Shown: positions 41,901-54,056 of the stretch, in pieces
Layout: each line of letters opens with the position of its first letter
Numbering within the stretch: position 1 is the stretch's first letter
Origin: Selaginella moellendorffii
Taxonomy: Eukaryota > Plantae > Lycopodiophyta
DNA length: 64,000 nucleotides
Direction of reading: 5' to 3'
NCBI RefSeq assembly: GCF_000143415.4
Contig: NW_003314317.1
Coordinates: 1 to 64,000, forward strand
Notes under the pieces: model-generated
Seen by the model: the letters and a program-made list of their open reading frames with translations, nothing else
The model's database searches: none
What the model was told of the DNA's origin: nothing
Translations under genes and position numbers: made by a program

Positions 41901-44900
41901 TGCAGCAGAGCTTTGTCCGTCAGCTGTTCAAGGTGCAAGGTGCGTTTTTCTTTTTCTTCTGTTTCGCTCCGTAGTTTCTAATCTAAGTCGTTCTATGTAG
42001 ACTGGAAGTGGTTCAGCGGCTTGCACAAATTACTTCGGTAGAACTCGGCGGGAAGTCAACAACGTCGCACGATGACAGCAAGCTAGACCAGTGGCTTCTG
42101 TATTCAATGTTTGCATGTTCATGTCCTCCTGAGGACGTGGAGGACACCAAGTCGCACTCTACGAAAGAGTTGCTTCGTCTAATTTTGCCGTCTTTGAAGT
42201 CAGGTTCCGAGACTCAAATTGTAAGCCTTCCTTCACTCGACCATTCTGATGCTTACTTGTACCTGTGTTCATGTCCCCCACAGAATGCGGCTACCTTAGC
42301 GTTGGGACACTGCCACTGGGAGATTTGCGAACCAATGCTCACGGAATTACGACAGTTTCTGGACGAAATTGCAACGGAGATTGAAAGTCGTCCCAAGTGG
42401 AAGGTATGACGAGTCTGCCAAAAGGCTTCTGTGTTGATGTTTTCCGTTTACAGAGTCAAAAACTTAGGCGAGAAGACATTCGTGTGCATGTTGCAAACAT
42501 ATACCGAATGGTGGCAGATAATTTTTGGCCTGGTATGCTGATACGCAAGCCCGTTCAACGTATTCATGTGATCAAGTTCATTGAAGACACAGTCAAGTAC
42601 ATCACGTCAGCGTCTCCGCTGGAGGTTTTCCAAGATTTGCAACCTCTAAGATTTTGCCTAGGCTCCGTGCTACGATCAGTCTCCGTCGAAATGGTGAAAT
42701 CCAACTCGGACCGGTTTGATCCGCGAACAAGGAAGCGGATGTTCGATCTGCTCGCGTCCTGGTGCGACGATACTACGACTGTCTGGAGCCAAGACGGTGT
42801 TAGCGAGTACCGACGGGAAGTGGAGCGGTACAAGTCATCACAAAACTCCAGGACTAAGGACTCTGTGGAGAGAATCACTGTAGAGAAGGACGTCAACGAA
42901 CAGGTGGATGCAATCCAGTGGATCGCTATGAACGCTATGGCCGCTCTGTTATATGGGCCTTGCTTCGACGACAACGTCAGGAAGATGAGTGGGAGAATCA
43001 TCGCATGGATCAACGGCCTTTTCCTTGAACCGGCCACTAGAATGCCTATCGGGTATTCTCCAGATCCTCGTACACCACTCCATAAGTTCGCCATGGCTGG
43101 AGTCTTTGACGTAGTTCACGGTGGTAAGGACAGGCACAAGAGCAATCCTATGCGAGTTCATCTTGCGAAAGTTGCTCTTATGAACCTCGTTCAGACCAAC
43201 CTCGATCTCTTCCCAGCATGCATCGACCAGGTTTGTGATTTACTCATGAGTTTTTGGTGGCATTACTATTTACGTTTTGTTGCAGTGCTACTCTTCTGAT
43301 CCTTCTATCGCGGATGGGTATTTTTCTGTTCTTGCCGAAGTGTACATGCGGTACGAGATACCAAGGTGCGACACCCAAAGACTGTTAAGCCTCATACTCT
43401 ACAAGGTTGTGGACCAGTCTCGGAGGATTAGAGATGATGCATTACAGATGCTAGAGACTTTATCCATCAGGGAATGGGCTGAGGATGGGGAAGGAACGGG
43501 AAGGTATCGAGCAGCGGTCGTGGGAAGTTTACCAGATTCTTACCAACAATTTCAGTATCAGCTGTCTGCAAAGCTAGCAAAGGAACATCCAGAGCTGAGT
43601 GAGCTACTTTGCGAGGAGATCATGCAAAGGCAGCTGGATGCAGTGGACATCATCGCTCAGCATCAGGTTCTTACGTGCATGGCTCCTTGGATTGAAAACT
43701 TGAAGCTCTGGGAATCGGGATGGAGTGAGAGACTGCTGAAGAGCCTTTACTACGTAACTTGGCGTCACGGGGATCAGTTCCCTGATGAGATTGAGAAGCT
43801 GTGGCGGACAGTGGCAAACAAGAGACGAAATATCAGTCCCGTCCTCGACTTTCTGATATCTAAGGGCATTGAAGATGGTGACTCAACCGCATCAGGAGAG
43901 ATTACTGGAGTTTTTGCGACGTACTTCTCGGTGGCAAAGCGGATAAGCCTTTACTTGGCTCGAATATCACCACAGCAGACAATAGATCATCTCGTCTACG
44001 AGTTGGCAGAGAGAAGACTTGAAGATCATCCGGAGCAATCGAAACGAAGTGTAGATGGAGCGTTTGAGCTTGAAAGCTCTGCTGTTTTGGAGTTCTCGCA
44101 AGGACCAGCTCCCGTTCAACTGCTAGAACCGCCGCCGCATATGTCACCACTTCTGGTCAGGAGCTCTCTGGAAGGACCACTGAGGAATGCCAGCGGGAGT
44201 TTAAGCTGGAGAACAGCCACAGGTCGGAGTATGTCGGGTCCTCTGAATACTATCCCCGACACGCATACCGGGAGGTCTGGCCAGCTATTCACGGGATCAG
44301 GACCCTTGCCAAATGCTTCGGGCCAGCTTTTGGGAGTTCGTAGTTCCACAGGAAGCGTGAAGAGTCACCACTTATCGCGTGACAGTGGAGACTATTTTGA
44401 CACTCCGAATTCGGTTGAAGACATACGTATCATTACTCCACCGGTGAACCCGAGCGAGCTGCAGTCGGCTCTTCAGGCCCATCACCACTGGCTTTCTCGT
44501 GCGGACATTGCTCTGATACTTTTGGCGGAGATAGCTTACGAGAATGACGAAGACTTTCGAAGCCACCTTCCGCTGCTCTTCCACGTTACGTTCGTATATA
44601 TGGATAGCTCCGAAGACATTGTTTTGAAGCATTGCCAGCAGCTGCTGGTGAATCTTCTCTACTCGCTAGCGGGACGACATCTTGAACTTTACGAGCATGG
44701 TGATGGAGATTACAAGCAACAAGTCGTGAGCCTGATCAAGTACGTGCAGTCGAAGAAGGGAAGCAGGATGTGGGAAAAGGAATCAATGTCTTTGACGAGA
44801 ACGGAGTTGCCAAGTGCTGCTTTACTATCTGCGCTGGTGCTAAGTGTGGTGGACGCGATAGTTTTCCAAGGCGACCTTCGGGAGAAATGGGGGGAGGAGG

Positions 44901-46321
44901 CTTTGAAATGGGCTATGGAGTGCTCATACCGTCATCTGGCCTGCCGGTCTCACCAGGTTTACCGTGCACTCCGTCCCAGTGTCACCAGCGAGACGTGTGT
45001 TTCACTGCTAAGGTGCCTACATCGATGCTTCAGCAATCCAACTCCTCCAGTGCTGGGATTCGTCATGGAGATCCTCCTGACTCTGCAAGTGATGGTAGAG
45101 AGCATGGAACCCGAGAAAGTTATTCTCTATCCACAGCTCTTCTGGGGCTGTGTGGCCATGCTGCACACGGACTTCGTCCACGTTTACGTCCAAGTTTTGG
45201 AGCTGCTTTCCCGGATTGTTGATCGGCTATCCTTCCACGACCACACCGCCGAACAGGTTCTTCTGTCCAGTATGCCCAGGGACGAGTTTGAGAGCAGCGA
45301 AGGGAAAGGTGACGGGGGAACAGACGCAGACAAAGCTCCGGCGTTTGAAGGAGTGCAGCCGCTGGTTCTCAAGGGACTCATGTCAACAGTGAGCCATACG
45401 TGTGCTATCGAGGTGCTGTCGAGGATAACTCTGCATTCGTGCGACCGGATTTTTGGCGACTCGGACACTCGTCTGCTGATGCACATCGTGGGCCTCCTGC
45501 CTTGGCTCCTGCTTCAGCTCGTAAAAGGACAGAGTCACTTACCCGGTTTCGACTCGCCACTCCAGCAGCAGTTTCAAAAGGCTTGCTCTGTCGCGACAAA
45601 CATCGCTCAGTGGTGCGAGGCAAAATCGCAGGGAGCTCTAGCGGCTGTTTTCTCCGCTTACGGGAATGGACAAGTCACCGCCATCGGAGACTTGCTCAAC
45701 CGTATAGTACCGTTGCTGTGCAAGGAATGGTTCCCTCGGCATTCGGCGCTGGCATTCGGCCACCTTTTACGTGTTCTGGAGAAAGGACCAGTGGAGTACC
45801 AGCGAGTGATTCTCCTCATGCTCAGGGCGCTCTTGCAGCACTGTCCGATGGATACCGCCCAGAGTCCTCAAGTTTACGCTGCCGTCTCTCAGCTCGTGGA
45901 GAGTCCTCTCTGCTGGGAAGCCTTACATGTTCTAGAGGCGGTTTTGCAAAGCTGCAGCACTTTGCCGGTGGAAGCTACAACTTCCAGCGGACAGGATGCC
46001 ACTGCCAACGGACAAGCAGCGACGAGGAGGCTAGACGAAGACAGGCCTGTCGTTGCCTTGCTCTCGCAGACTTCTTTCAAGTCTCGGACAGGTCCCTTCC
46101 ATTCCTGGGTTGGCTCTGGTGGAGTTCCTGCGGTGACTGGAAATCCCGGCAGTGTTGACATGACGATGCTTCCATCGCGCGAGACGGCGCTGCAAAACAC
46201 CAGGCTGGCACTGGGACGTGTTTTGGATACTTATGGCGTGGGAAAGCGCAGGGACTATCGGCGTCTTGTTCCATTCGTTATTAGCAGCGTTCAAGCTGAG
46301 CCGCAGCAAAAACACCGGTGA
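38956..46321 (+). CDS. Furry/MOR2-PAG1/TAO3-like cell morphogenesis scaffold
   Basis: [70 protein letters not shown]; large HEAT/ARM-type protein. Confidence 0.93.
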
Positions 46322-46660
46322 CATCGTTCGTATATACTCGAGTAAGAGGAAGAGGAAGAGCGCCTTGGTTTGGAGACAGCTCTTTTTTGTTCGTCCATAA
46401 GGTACCATCTTTTACTTTCATTCTGATCTCGTCTAAATTTCGTTCGCCATGAAACAGGACGCTTTGTACATTCGAATCGCAGGAGTTTTGTGTCGGATAG
46501 AGGTAGAATCTACTCAAGTTGACACTGTTAACGAGCTATCTTGTTTATACGCAGCAGTTTTGAGTATATAAAGAGACTTATATTGACTGTGTAAAGACGA
46601 CGCGGTACGTATACTACCGCGCACTTATTCTGATCTCTTCTTTTCGTTTTTAAATCATAA

Positions 46661-48010
46661 TCAGGAAGCTTGTGCAGCGAGCTGCCACTGGAGGAAATAA
46701 CAGCCGAGTTTGATAAGTTTGGACGCTTTTTGTAACGCCCCAAGCTTCCCCTGCTCGGCAGCCAACCGGGTGTCGTCGATCACGTCCCTCGTCACCTCCG
46801 CGTCCGCCAGTGGTATGGGGTAGTAGTACCGGCTCAAGTTTTGCATGGAAGTCGTGAAGAAGCCGGTCATCTGGGATCTTATATCACCAACCTCGATGGC
46901 TCGGTAGCCAGACGCGACAGCTTCCTGGACGAGGCTATCTTCCGCGGCCTTGAGCGCCTTGAGCAGCTCCCTCCTCGGCTTGGCCTCACGCTGCACGAAC
47001 TTGAGAAGCTCTCCATACGTTCCTTCGCCAACCGGCTTGCTCTCGAAGGGCCCGTGCTTGAGGAACTGTCCGAGGTAGCCGGTCTTCTCGTCGCCGACGA
47101 GAGCTCTGGCAGTCTCGGAGATGTGGTTGATGAGGTGCGTGCTGAGCCGCTTGTGAGCAAACTCGAGGATCTCGAACGCAGCAATCTGCCTGGAGGAGTG
47201 GATGAGCCTCTTGAGGTGCAAGTCGCAGTTGTTCTCGTCCCAGCAACTGATGATCCTCTTCAAAGCAGGTTCGATGGTGTTGTTTCTCGATTGATTTTCT
47301 TGACTGTGATCTTGTTGATGGCAGCTCTGTGCTCGTCTTTTCTCGTCAAAGCTGGTGGCGGTGGCGGCCGAATGATCAAAGACTGGCTGTTCCAAGTACT
47401 CGGAGTTTCGAGCTTGCTCCAGAGAATGGATCCTCTCCTGCTTCAAGCTGTTGAGGTAGTCGACTCTTCCCCGGGCCTGCTGCTCCATGACATCCAGCTT
47501 ACTCTTGATACTCTCCAGCTGCTTGTCCTCCATGTTCTGGATGACGCTCCTCATCGACTCCTGCTTGCTCCCCAGCGACTGGATGCGGTCCTTGAGCGAG
47601 TTCTTCCCCTTGAGCAGCGACTTTATCTCCGACTCGAGCGTGGAGAAGTTGTCCAAGAGCGACTGCATCGTATCGTCGTCCTTGGGCTCGAATCCTCCAA
47701 ACGCAGCGGCAGTGACAGCAGCGGATTCTTCCGGTGGAGCAGTGGCAGCAGAGACGCGATCTTTGGCGGTGAAACTAGTAGGATCGAGCGCGGGGCTGGC
47801 GAGGGAGTATGGGCTCAAAGCATAGGCCCCGGCGGTGGGGGTGGAGGAGTAGGACTTACACGAGGAGTCGGAGATGGTGCTGGGCACGAGACGGACTCTC
47901 TTGGGAAGGACTGCTGTTGCCGATGGTGATGGCGAGTGAGAATGCGAGTCGGAGTGGGAGTGGGAGTGGAGGCCACCATTCTTCCTGGGACGAGACTGGA
48001 TGTCGTACAT
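46661..48010 (-). CDS. Uncharacterised intronless protein: Ser/His-rich N-terminus, coiled coil, helical C-terminal domain
   Basis: About 449-aa ORF with strong GC3 codon bias and heptad periodicity; no family recognised. Confidence 0.7.
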   Translation of the reverse strand: MYDIQSRPRKNGGLHSHSHSDSHSHSPSPSATAVLPKRVRLVPSTISDSSCKSYSSTPTAGAYALSPYSLASPALDPTSFTAKDRVSAATAPPEESAAVTAAAFGGFEPKDDDTMQSLLDNFSTLESEIKSLLKGKNSLKDRIQSLGSKQESMRSVIQNMEDKQLESIKSKLDVMEQQARGRVDYLNSLKQERIHSLEQARNSEYLEQPVFDHSAATATSFDEKRRAQSCHQQDHSQENQSRNNTIEPALKRIISCWDENNCDLHLKRLIHSSRQIAAFEILEFAHKRLSTHLINHISETARALVGDEKTGYLGQFLKHGPFESKPVGEGTYGELLKFVQREAKPRRELLKALKAAEDSLVQEAVASGYRAIEVGDIRSQMTGFFTTSMQNLSRYYYPIPLADAEVTRDVIDDTRLAAEQGKLGALQKASKLIKLGCYFLQWQLAAQAS

Positions 48011-48455
48011 TTTCACGCGCTCATCACAGGATAGGGCTGGGGGCTTTTAACGGAACGGGCTAACTGCCAACCTGGCACGAAATATTATCTCATGTTTTAT
48101 AACAGAAGGAATGCGTTTAAAGCGTTGATCACATTTTGGAACTTGCTGTTCTACGTCCTGCCATTGAAACAACAAAGTCACAAATCCGTCTGGACTATAT
48201 TAGATGAGCTCGCATTCGCTGGAGTTTGTTTGAGCACGCAGTGGCGGCAGGAGTCAAGCACTGAGGTAAGCACACTTAAAAATCAGTTACTTCTGGTAGA
48301 AACCACATGCGTAAAAGCACTTTGGCTCGGGTTTGGCTTAAGAAAATGCGAAAGCTTATAAGTGTTGGAAATGTAAGAATTACAGCAATTCCCATGATAG
48401 AATAAAGTACTCACATACCATAGACAATTCCAGATCGATGTGCTTCTGGATGAAA

Positions 48456-49023
48456 TCACACAACCTGTTCCAGCATGAGATTGTTGGTCACCTTTGGACA
48501 CATGTTGAGGCAGCCGGCTATTTTGTTATACTTGCAGCAGTAGTACTCGTGTCCCGATTCACAGCGCTGACCGCAACCGAACTTATTTTCCCGGCAGCAA
48601 ACGTAGTCCTTGCTCTTATCGCACATCTGGTGGCACCCATATCCGTTTTTGACGCAGCATTCATATTCGGCGTTGGAATCACACTCCTGAACGCAGCCCT
48701 GAAAGTTTTTGATGCAGCAATAGCTGCCGCCAAGGCCTTGGAAACACAAACACTTCAAGTATGAATTGATGGTCGTGCGAAAAAGAATGTGACTCTCATT
48801 TACCGTGCTGAGGAGGTTCGTGGATGGTGGTCACAAGCTCCATAGAAGGCTCCTCAATCGTATTCATAACGCCCTTGTTGCCCACTGCTTACAACACAGT
48901 TCAATGGATGTAATAGACGGGAAAGACTTAAAGCGCAAAGTACATGCCTTCAATATCGCGAGATGCATTTGCCAAGAGCACCAGGCCAAAGACAAGGCAG
49001 GCAATTGCAGGAAGCTTGGCCAT
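48456..49023 (-). CDS. Secreted cysteine-rich repeat precursor, 146 aa; exons 49023-48948, 48887-48804, 48736-48456
   Basis: Signal peptide MAKLPAIACLVFGLVLLANA, acidic pro-region, four 20-aa units Y.CC-x6/7-C-x3-C, hydrophobic tail LMLEQVV; two phase-1 introns (first is GC-AG). Confidence 0.85.
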
Positions 49024-49521
49024 TTTCCAAGGATAGGAGAGATTCCAAAAGATGAAACGAGCAAAGGATGTACTTTGGTGCCCTTTCTTTGATCACAATT
49101 TATACTGTGAGGCTGGCATGGATCGCGTGGGAAATCCTTTTCCAAGTCAATCCCATGCTAAGTATCTAGATTGCAAGCAAATCCCAGTTAAATACACAAG
49201 ATTGAGTTTGATAATCTTGTTCTTGACTGTCCTAGACTGTACATAAACAAATATTATATGCCAAACTTCCCATCGATCACATGAATCGCTTCTCTAGACG
49301 GTGAGAAATTTGGGTGTCCTGAAAGTTGCAGCACAGCTAGAGAAAATTTATGCTTTTTTCAAAGGGTAACAGCTCAAATGTCAGATTCACTGGTTTTATG
49401 GGACTGGTACAATACAGCCCATCAGCCACGTGGGTCTAGCAGTAGGATTATCGCCAAGAACTATACACATTTAATAGACATGAAAATATCACTGACCTTA
49501 TGTTAATGTTGTAGACAATGT

Positions 49522-51282
49522 TTATTGAGAGATATCCATCTTCGTGTAGCCATGCATTCTTAGCAGCTCCAGAAGCTTTTGCATGTGAACTTCGGTGTGC
49601 AAAACTCTTGGGCCAAGCCGGATAGAGTTGACATAATTTACAGGATTGTGATCCACAATCCCAGGAAAGAATAGCCCCGCAACACGAAGCACACGGGATG
49701 CCATCGCCTCCTTGAACTGCGACCCATGCAAGTAGCTCCTCCTGAAACTTAGAATCAACTCCCAGGCTGCCGTGATCCGTGTCACGATGAAGTACTTGAT
49801 TGAGAAGTTCTTATTTGGTTCTTCGAGCAGCGTCTGAAAAGCATCACGCGCATCAGCAGTAAGATTTGTAGTAACAATCATACGTACCTTTGCAGTGTAG
49901 TTGTGGTCGAAGTAAAAGCACAGACCAAAGTGCTTGAACTGGAAGAATATATCATCAAACGGGATCCTGGGAACGATGTCGTTGGAGTAAACGATCCGAA
50001 AGTAGCGGTTCACTGGGTCATTGAGCTTCTCGTCCATGTAGTCTGCAAAATCTATGTCTCCAACTCGAGGCTGGCCGAAAGTATACACCCCTGCTATCCT
50101 CTCCGTGACCGAGTCTTCCTTGTTATAGAACAGCATCGCCGTGAAAACTGTGGCCAGAGCTCCACCAAGGCTGTGTCCCGTAATGTAGACTTTGGCGCTC
50201 TTGTTGGCTTTCACAAGCTCCTTCAACTTGTCCTTGGTCGAATCGTAGGCCAACGAGAGCTTCCTGTCCTCGTTTTTAGCCTCTGGCAAGCCGGAAGTGA
50301 CGCGCTCTTTGCCTTGAACGTTTTGATAGCTGTGCTTCTTGAGCCTTGTAAAGGATTCCATGTCGTGGCGATCCACCAGGCTGAGAGCTTCCATAAAGCC
50401 CACATGGATTCTTCCGACCCCCGGAAGGTGGTACCAGGAGAAATCAAAGTCGGTGCTCCAGTCGTATGCGTTGAACGGCATGGTTCCTCTGAACGTGACA
50501 ACGATTGCGCCGGCGTCCTGAGGTGCATCCATGAACAGAAAAACCTGAGTTGGATTGTTCTCTTGGTTCTCTGCATCGTAATAGCTTCTTTCAGTCAGCA
50601 CGGAGCCTTTCAAGATTAAATACTTAACTGTTGATGCACTCGAACACATTCACAAGGCACATCTGAAAATATTGTGGACGCGTTAGAATCAGAACGTTGG
50701 GTCACATACCTTCCAGATCTGAGTAACAACTTTGTTTACAACCGCCGGGTTTTCGTACGCAAGCTTCGAAGCCATGATGCACACGTCTGCCACGACTTTT
50801 GATCCGGGAACCACTTCAAAGAAACTGCTGCCTTCAGATTTCTGAAGCTTCTGATCGTCGGAACTTTCGGTCATCAGCTCCAATCTCGGGTCTAGCATCC
50901 CCACAATGCTCCAGTAATTTTCCGAGCCTTCTACGGGCATTACTAAGACTGCAGTGAAATAGACAACTGAGAGTCCTTGCAAAAACAAGAGCAATAGCTT
51001 ACATTCACCAGCCAAGATCTTGTTGCAGACTTTGATGAATCCACCGTTTATGTAGAAAACGTTGAGAATGTACTCCACGAATTTACCAGTAACCTTAGAG
51101 ATCCGTGCCAGGTAATGCAGAAGCGTGGTGATGAACATCGAAAGTTTGGCCTGCCAGCTGACATCGATCCTGGGCTTAAGTGCCGGTGTGGAGCTTACAT
51201 GTGGTGTTTCCACAAAGGAACTACGGCGAACATAGTCCCACGGCTTGCCTTGACTTGGATGGCCGATTACAAAGGTGTCCAT
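49522..51282 (-). CDS. Class 3 lipase (OBL1-like triacylglycerol lipase); 5' end uncertain
   Basis: MASKLAYEN, VVTFRGTMPF, WSTDFD, HVGF, ITGHSLGGALA, YTFGQPRVG, YSNDIVPRIP, VDHNPVNYVN. Confidence 0.92.
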
Positions 51283-51628
51283 CCTTCGATACTCTGTCAA
51301 GAATGGCAAGTTTCAAAGTTTTCTGCGAAAAAATCAGTCTATGTAGTCAAGTACCTTGCAAACCACACGAGTTCCATGCCGCCGGCGTCACGGAATCCAT
51401 GCAAAGATCCGAAGAGAACGTTTGTCAAGAAAAATCAAATGCATACCAGTTATAATCTCAGCACGGGAACAAAACCGCGAGTTCTTGAAGTATCTGTAAC
51501 AGCTGCAAAGAAGGAAAAGAGAGCACCATGATCAAAAGAAAGTGTTCTAACCCGGGGAATAGAGCTAAGTAGGAAGAATCAAAACAGGCTTGAGCGGGAC
51601 GAAGGTTTTTTACAGCGGGATGGGAGTG

Positions 51629-52921
51629 TTAGTGGCTGGGGACACTAGGCTGGAAGCTGTAATCTTCCGAGTCCTCTTCAAACTCGAAGTCGAGGAACGG
51701 TAACTCGATTTCTTCCGGGTCCGAGTTTGATCTCTTGGAGCTCTCACTGTCCGTCCAGTCCCCCAGGTAAGATTTTGGAGACTCGCTTATCTCGCTGATT
51801 TCGTGGACGACCTTTGTTTCTACCGCTGCCGCTTGGAAAGTCGGCTGTGGCTGCAAAGGTGGCGCAGAGGAAGCAGAGCTACTGACCCTGGCGGAAGGCT
51901 TTGAGAGGGAGCACGTCCAGGCGATGGATTTCGAAGACGAGGAGCCGAGAGGGCCGAAAGTTTTGTTGGCACAGTCGTAGATCTTGCATGGGGTGGTGGC
52001 AGCAACTAGCTTCCTTGAAGGTGGCGGCGGGGGTGAGCTGCTGGATTTCCATGACTTGAGCACCGGCAGCGAGCTAATTTGGAAAGTCCGCGAGGCAGCG
52101 ACGAGCTTTTTCTGTTTCTTCTTCAAGTGCTTTCGCTGCTTTCGATTCATAGTTTGCTGCTGTTCTTCCTGTTCCTGATCACCATGTGTCACGTTGCTGG
52201 TGGAAGCGTCGTTGCCAGAATCTGTCCTGAGAAGTTCCACCATTGGAAGTGGAGCCAGCTTCAATCCAACAGCGACGAGATCCTTGACGTCTTCGCTAGA
52301 ACGAGGTGGCGCCGGAGGACGGGCGTCTTCTACTACCATTAACTCGCGGGAAAGGCCAGGGAAATCTACCAAGGAAGCGATACAGGGCTCTTCGGGGATC
52401 TGAGACGATGCCTCTACGACCATGGGACTGGGAGAAAACTTCGCGCGGGATTGCGAGAGGGAGGATGAAATGGCGGCTAGATCGAACTGTACTGTCTGGG
52501 ACCCGGTGGATCGGCGAGTAACCGGCCTCCATTCCCAGCGGGCCTTCCTCTTCACGAAGCATCGATCTCTCCTATCCTGGCCTAGATGATAGTGCCTCCT
52601 CCTATGAAAGAAATGCATCTGACCTCTCGCCCGACGATCCAGCAGCGCCTTGGAAGACGAAGACCCTAGCTTGGCGAGGATGACTCCGACCGATGCCGCG
52701 AACAAAACCAATGACGCTATTGCGCTGGTGTGATCGGCGGAGCGCGCGGCGATGAGCGCCGCTGCCAATCGCGCCTTGTCCTCTAATCCGCCAGCGGAGC
52801 AGCAGCTATGGCGGCAGAAGGAGCAGGAGCAGCCAGAGCTGCTAGCGTGTTGATCCATCAATGTAGTCGACGAGGATGCTGGCGCAGCGGCTGCCGCTGC
52901 TCCTGCCGCTGCTGCCGCCAT
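51629..52921 (-). CDS. Uncharacterised low-complexity protein with one TM segment, intronless (start uncertain)
   Basis: About 430-aa ORF; hydrophobic IASLVLFAASVGVILA, basic RKQRKHLKKKQKK stretch, acidic tail. Confidence 0.55.
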   Translation of the reverse strand: MAAAAAGAAAAAAPASSSTTLMDQHASSSGCSCSFCRHSCCSAGGLEDKARLAAALIAARSADHTSAIASLVLFAASVGVILAKLGSSSSKALLDRRARGQMHFFHRRRHYHLGQDRRDRCFVKRKARWEWRPVTRRSTGSQTVQFDLAAISSSLSQSRAKFSPSPMVVEASSQIPEEPCIASLVDFPGLSRELMVVEDARPPAPPRSSEDVKDLVAVGLKLAPLPMVELLRTDSGNDASTSNVTHGDQEQEEQQQTMNRKQRKHLKKKQKKLVAASRTFQISSLPVLKSWKSSSSPPPPPSRKLVAATTPCKIYDCANKTFGPLGSSSSKSIAWTCSLSKPSARVSSSASSAPPLQPQPTFQAAAVETKVVHEISEISESPKSYLGDWTDSESSKRSNSDPEEIELPFLDFEFEEDSEDYSFQPSVPSH

Positions 52922-53140
52922 AGCTCCAAACCCTTGTGTGGGAATTGGGGCAGGCGCGCAATTCCAAAAGAGAAGCGGGGGAGAATAATATCGGTGTAGT
53001 TCTCTTCCCTTCAAGAACCCTAAAAATGATACCGTAAAAGATTCTCATCCGACGCGTCCGTCTTGCCACGTGGCATCGTATCGTAAGGGCGGGCGCGGCT
53101 TTTTCAAAATCCGCATATCCGCTTTTTAAATTATAGATTC

Positions 53141-54016
53141 CTAGCTTTTTGTGTATCCATTAACCCTGAGATACTCTCGCGATTTCTTGTCAGCCAGCCT
53201 CACAGGCTCAGGAACCCTAAATTTGCACAGCTTTCTCACAATCTCCACGCCAGTCTCCAGCGAAATCCTATGCCCGGTCGACACAAACACTGGATTCACG
53301 CACTCTCCCGTGCTCCGCAGCGCCGATCCCCAAACCTTGCCCGATCGCCCCACCAGATCCATGGCGTCCCCAGCTCGCAGCAGCGAATTCCTGGCGCTCC
53401 TCTTCACCTCCCTCTCCGAAAGCCCGTCCACCTCGAACAGCGACTTGGCGATTCCCAGCGTTGGAACATCGGCAAGAACACCTAAATGGCTCGCGAGCCC
53501 GAATCCTCGCGGGTGAAGCACGCCATTCCCGTCCACCATGAGCAGCTGCGGGAAGATCTCCGGCCGCGAGGATTTCATCCGCGCGAGGAGACTGAGCAGC
53601 GCCGGGCTCTCACGGAAGGCCAGGAACCCTGGAATGTAAGGCATGTCGAGCGAGACGATCTCCAAATCCTCGTACACCGTCGCCATTGTGGCCGCATCGA
53701 TCACCACCAGTGCGCTGCAAGCCACCGTCTCGTCCTCCTTGACGAAGCTAAGATCCATCCCACCGATATATTTGAGTTTAATCTCTCCCTTTCCCTCGCA
53801 ATCTTGCTTCGATCCATCGATTTCTTGCGTTTGAGGTAATTCGTGCTGGCTCGGCGCGCTAGAATCGACCGCTTCTTCCTTTTTTAGGGTTCTTGGCTCA
53901 CCATAGCCAAATTTCTCTGGAACTACCCACGGGAAGGAATCGCTACAAACCAGTCTTTGCTTGAGCGCCTGTTGCTCCTGAATCCACAGCTTCTTCTTCG
54001 CCGCCTTCTCCTCCAT
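53141..54016 (-). CDS. ENDOV: Endonuclease V, intronless
   Basis: YIGGMDLSF, PYIPGFLAFRE wedge motif, VDGNGVLHPRGFGLASHLG, VFVSTGH, RVPEPVRLAD. Confidence 0.96.
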   Translation of the reverse strand: MEEKAAKKKLWIQEQQALKQRLVCSDSFPWVVPEKFGYGEPRTLKKEEAVDSSAPSQHELPQTQEIDGSKQDCEGKGEIKLKYIGGMDLSFVKEDETVACSALVVIDAATMATVYEDLEIVSLDMPYIPGFLAFRESPALLSLLARMKSSRPEIFPQLLMVDGNGVLHPRGFGLASHLGVLADVPTLGIAKSLFEVDGLSEREVKRSARNSLLRAGDAMDLVGRSGKVWGSALRSTGECVNPVFVSTGHRISLETGVEIVRKLCKFRVPEPVRLADKKSREYLRVNGYTKS

Positions 54017-54056
54017 CAAAAGAGCCCTAATTTCAAACACAACGCGCGCAAGAACC

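Noticed and set aside
46841-47929. 362-aa antisense ORF (similarly 10635-11234 and 49903-50619)
   Set aside because: Shadow ORFs produced by GC3-rich codons on the opposite strand.
48438-48764. Hydrophobic plus-strand ORF and Ala-rich alternative frame over the Cys-rich exon
   Set aside because: The periodic Cys frame splices in phase to a signal peptide; the others are by-products of TGC/TGT codons.
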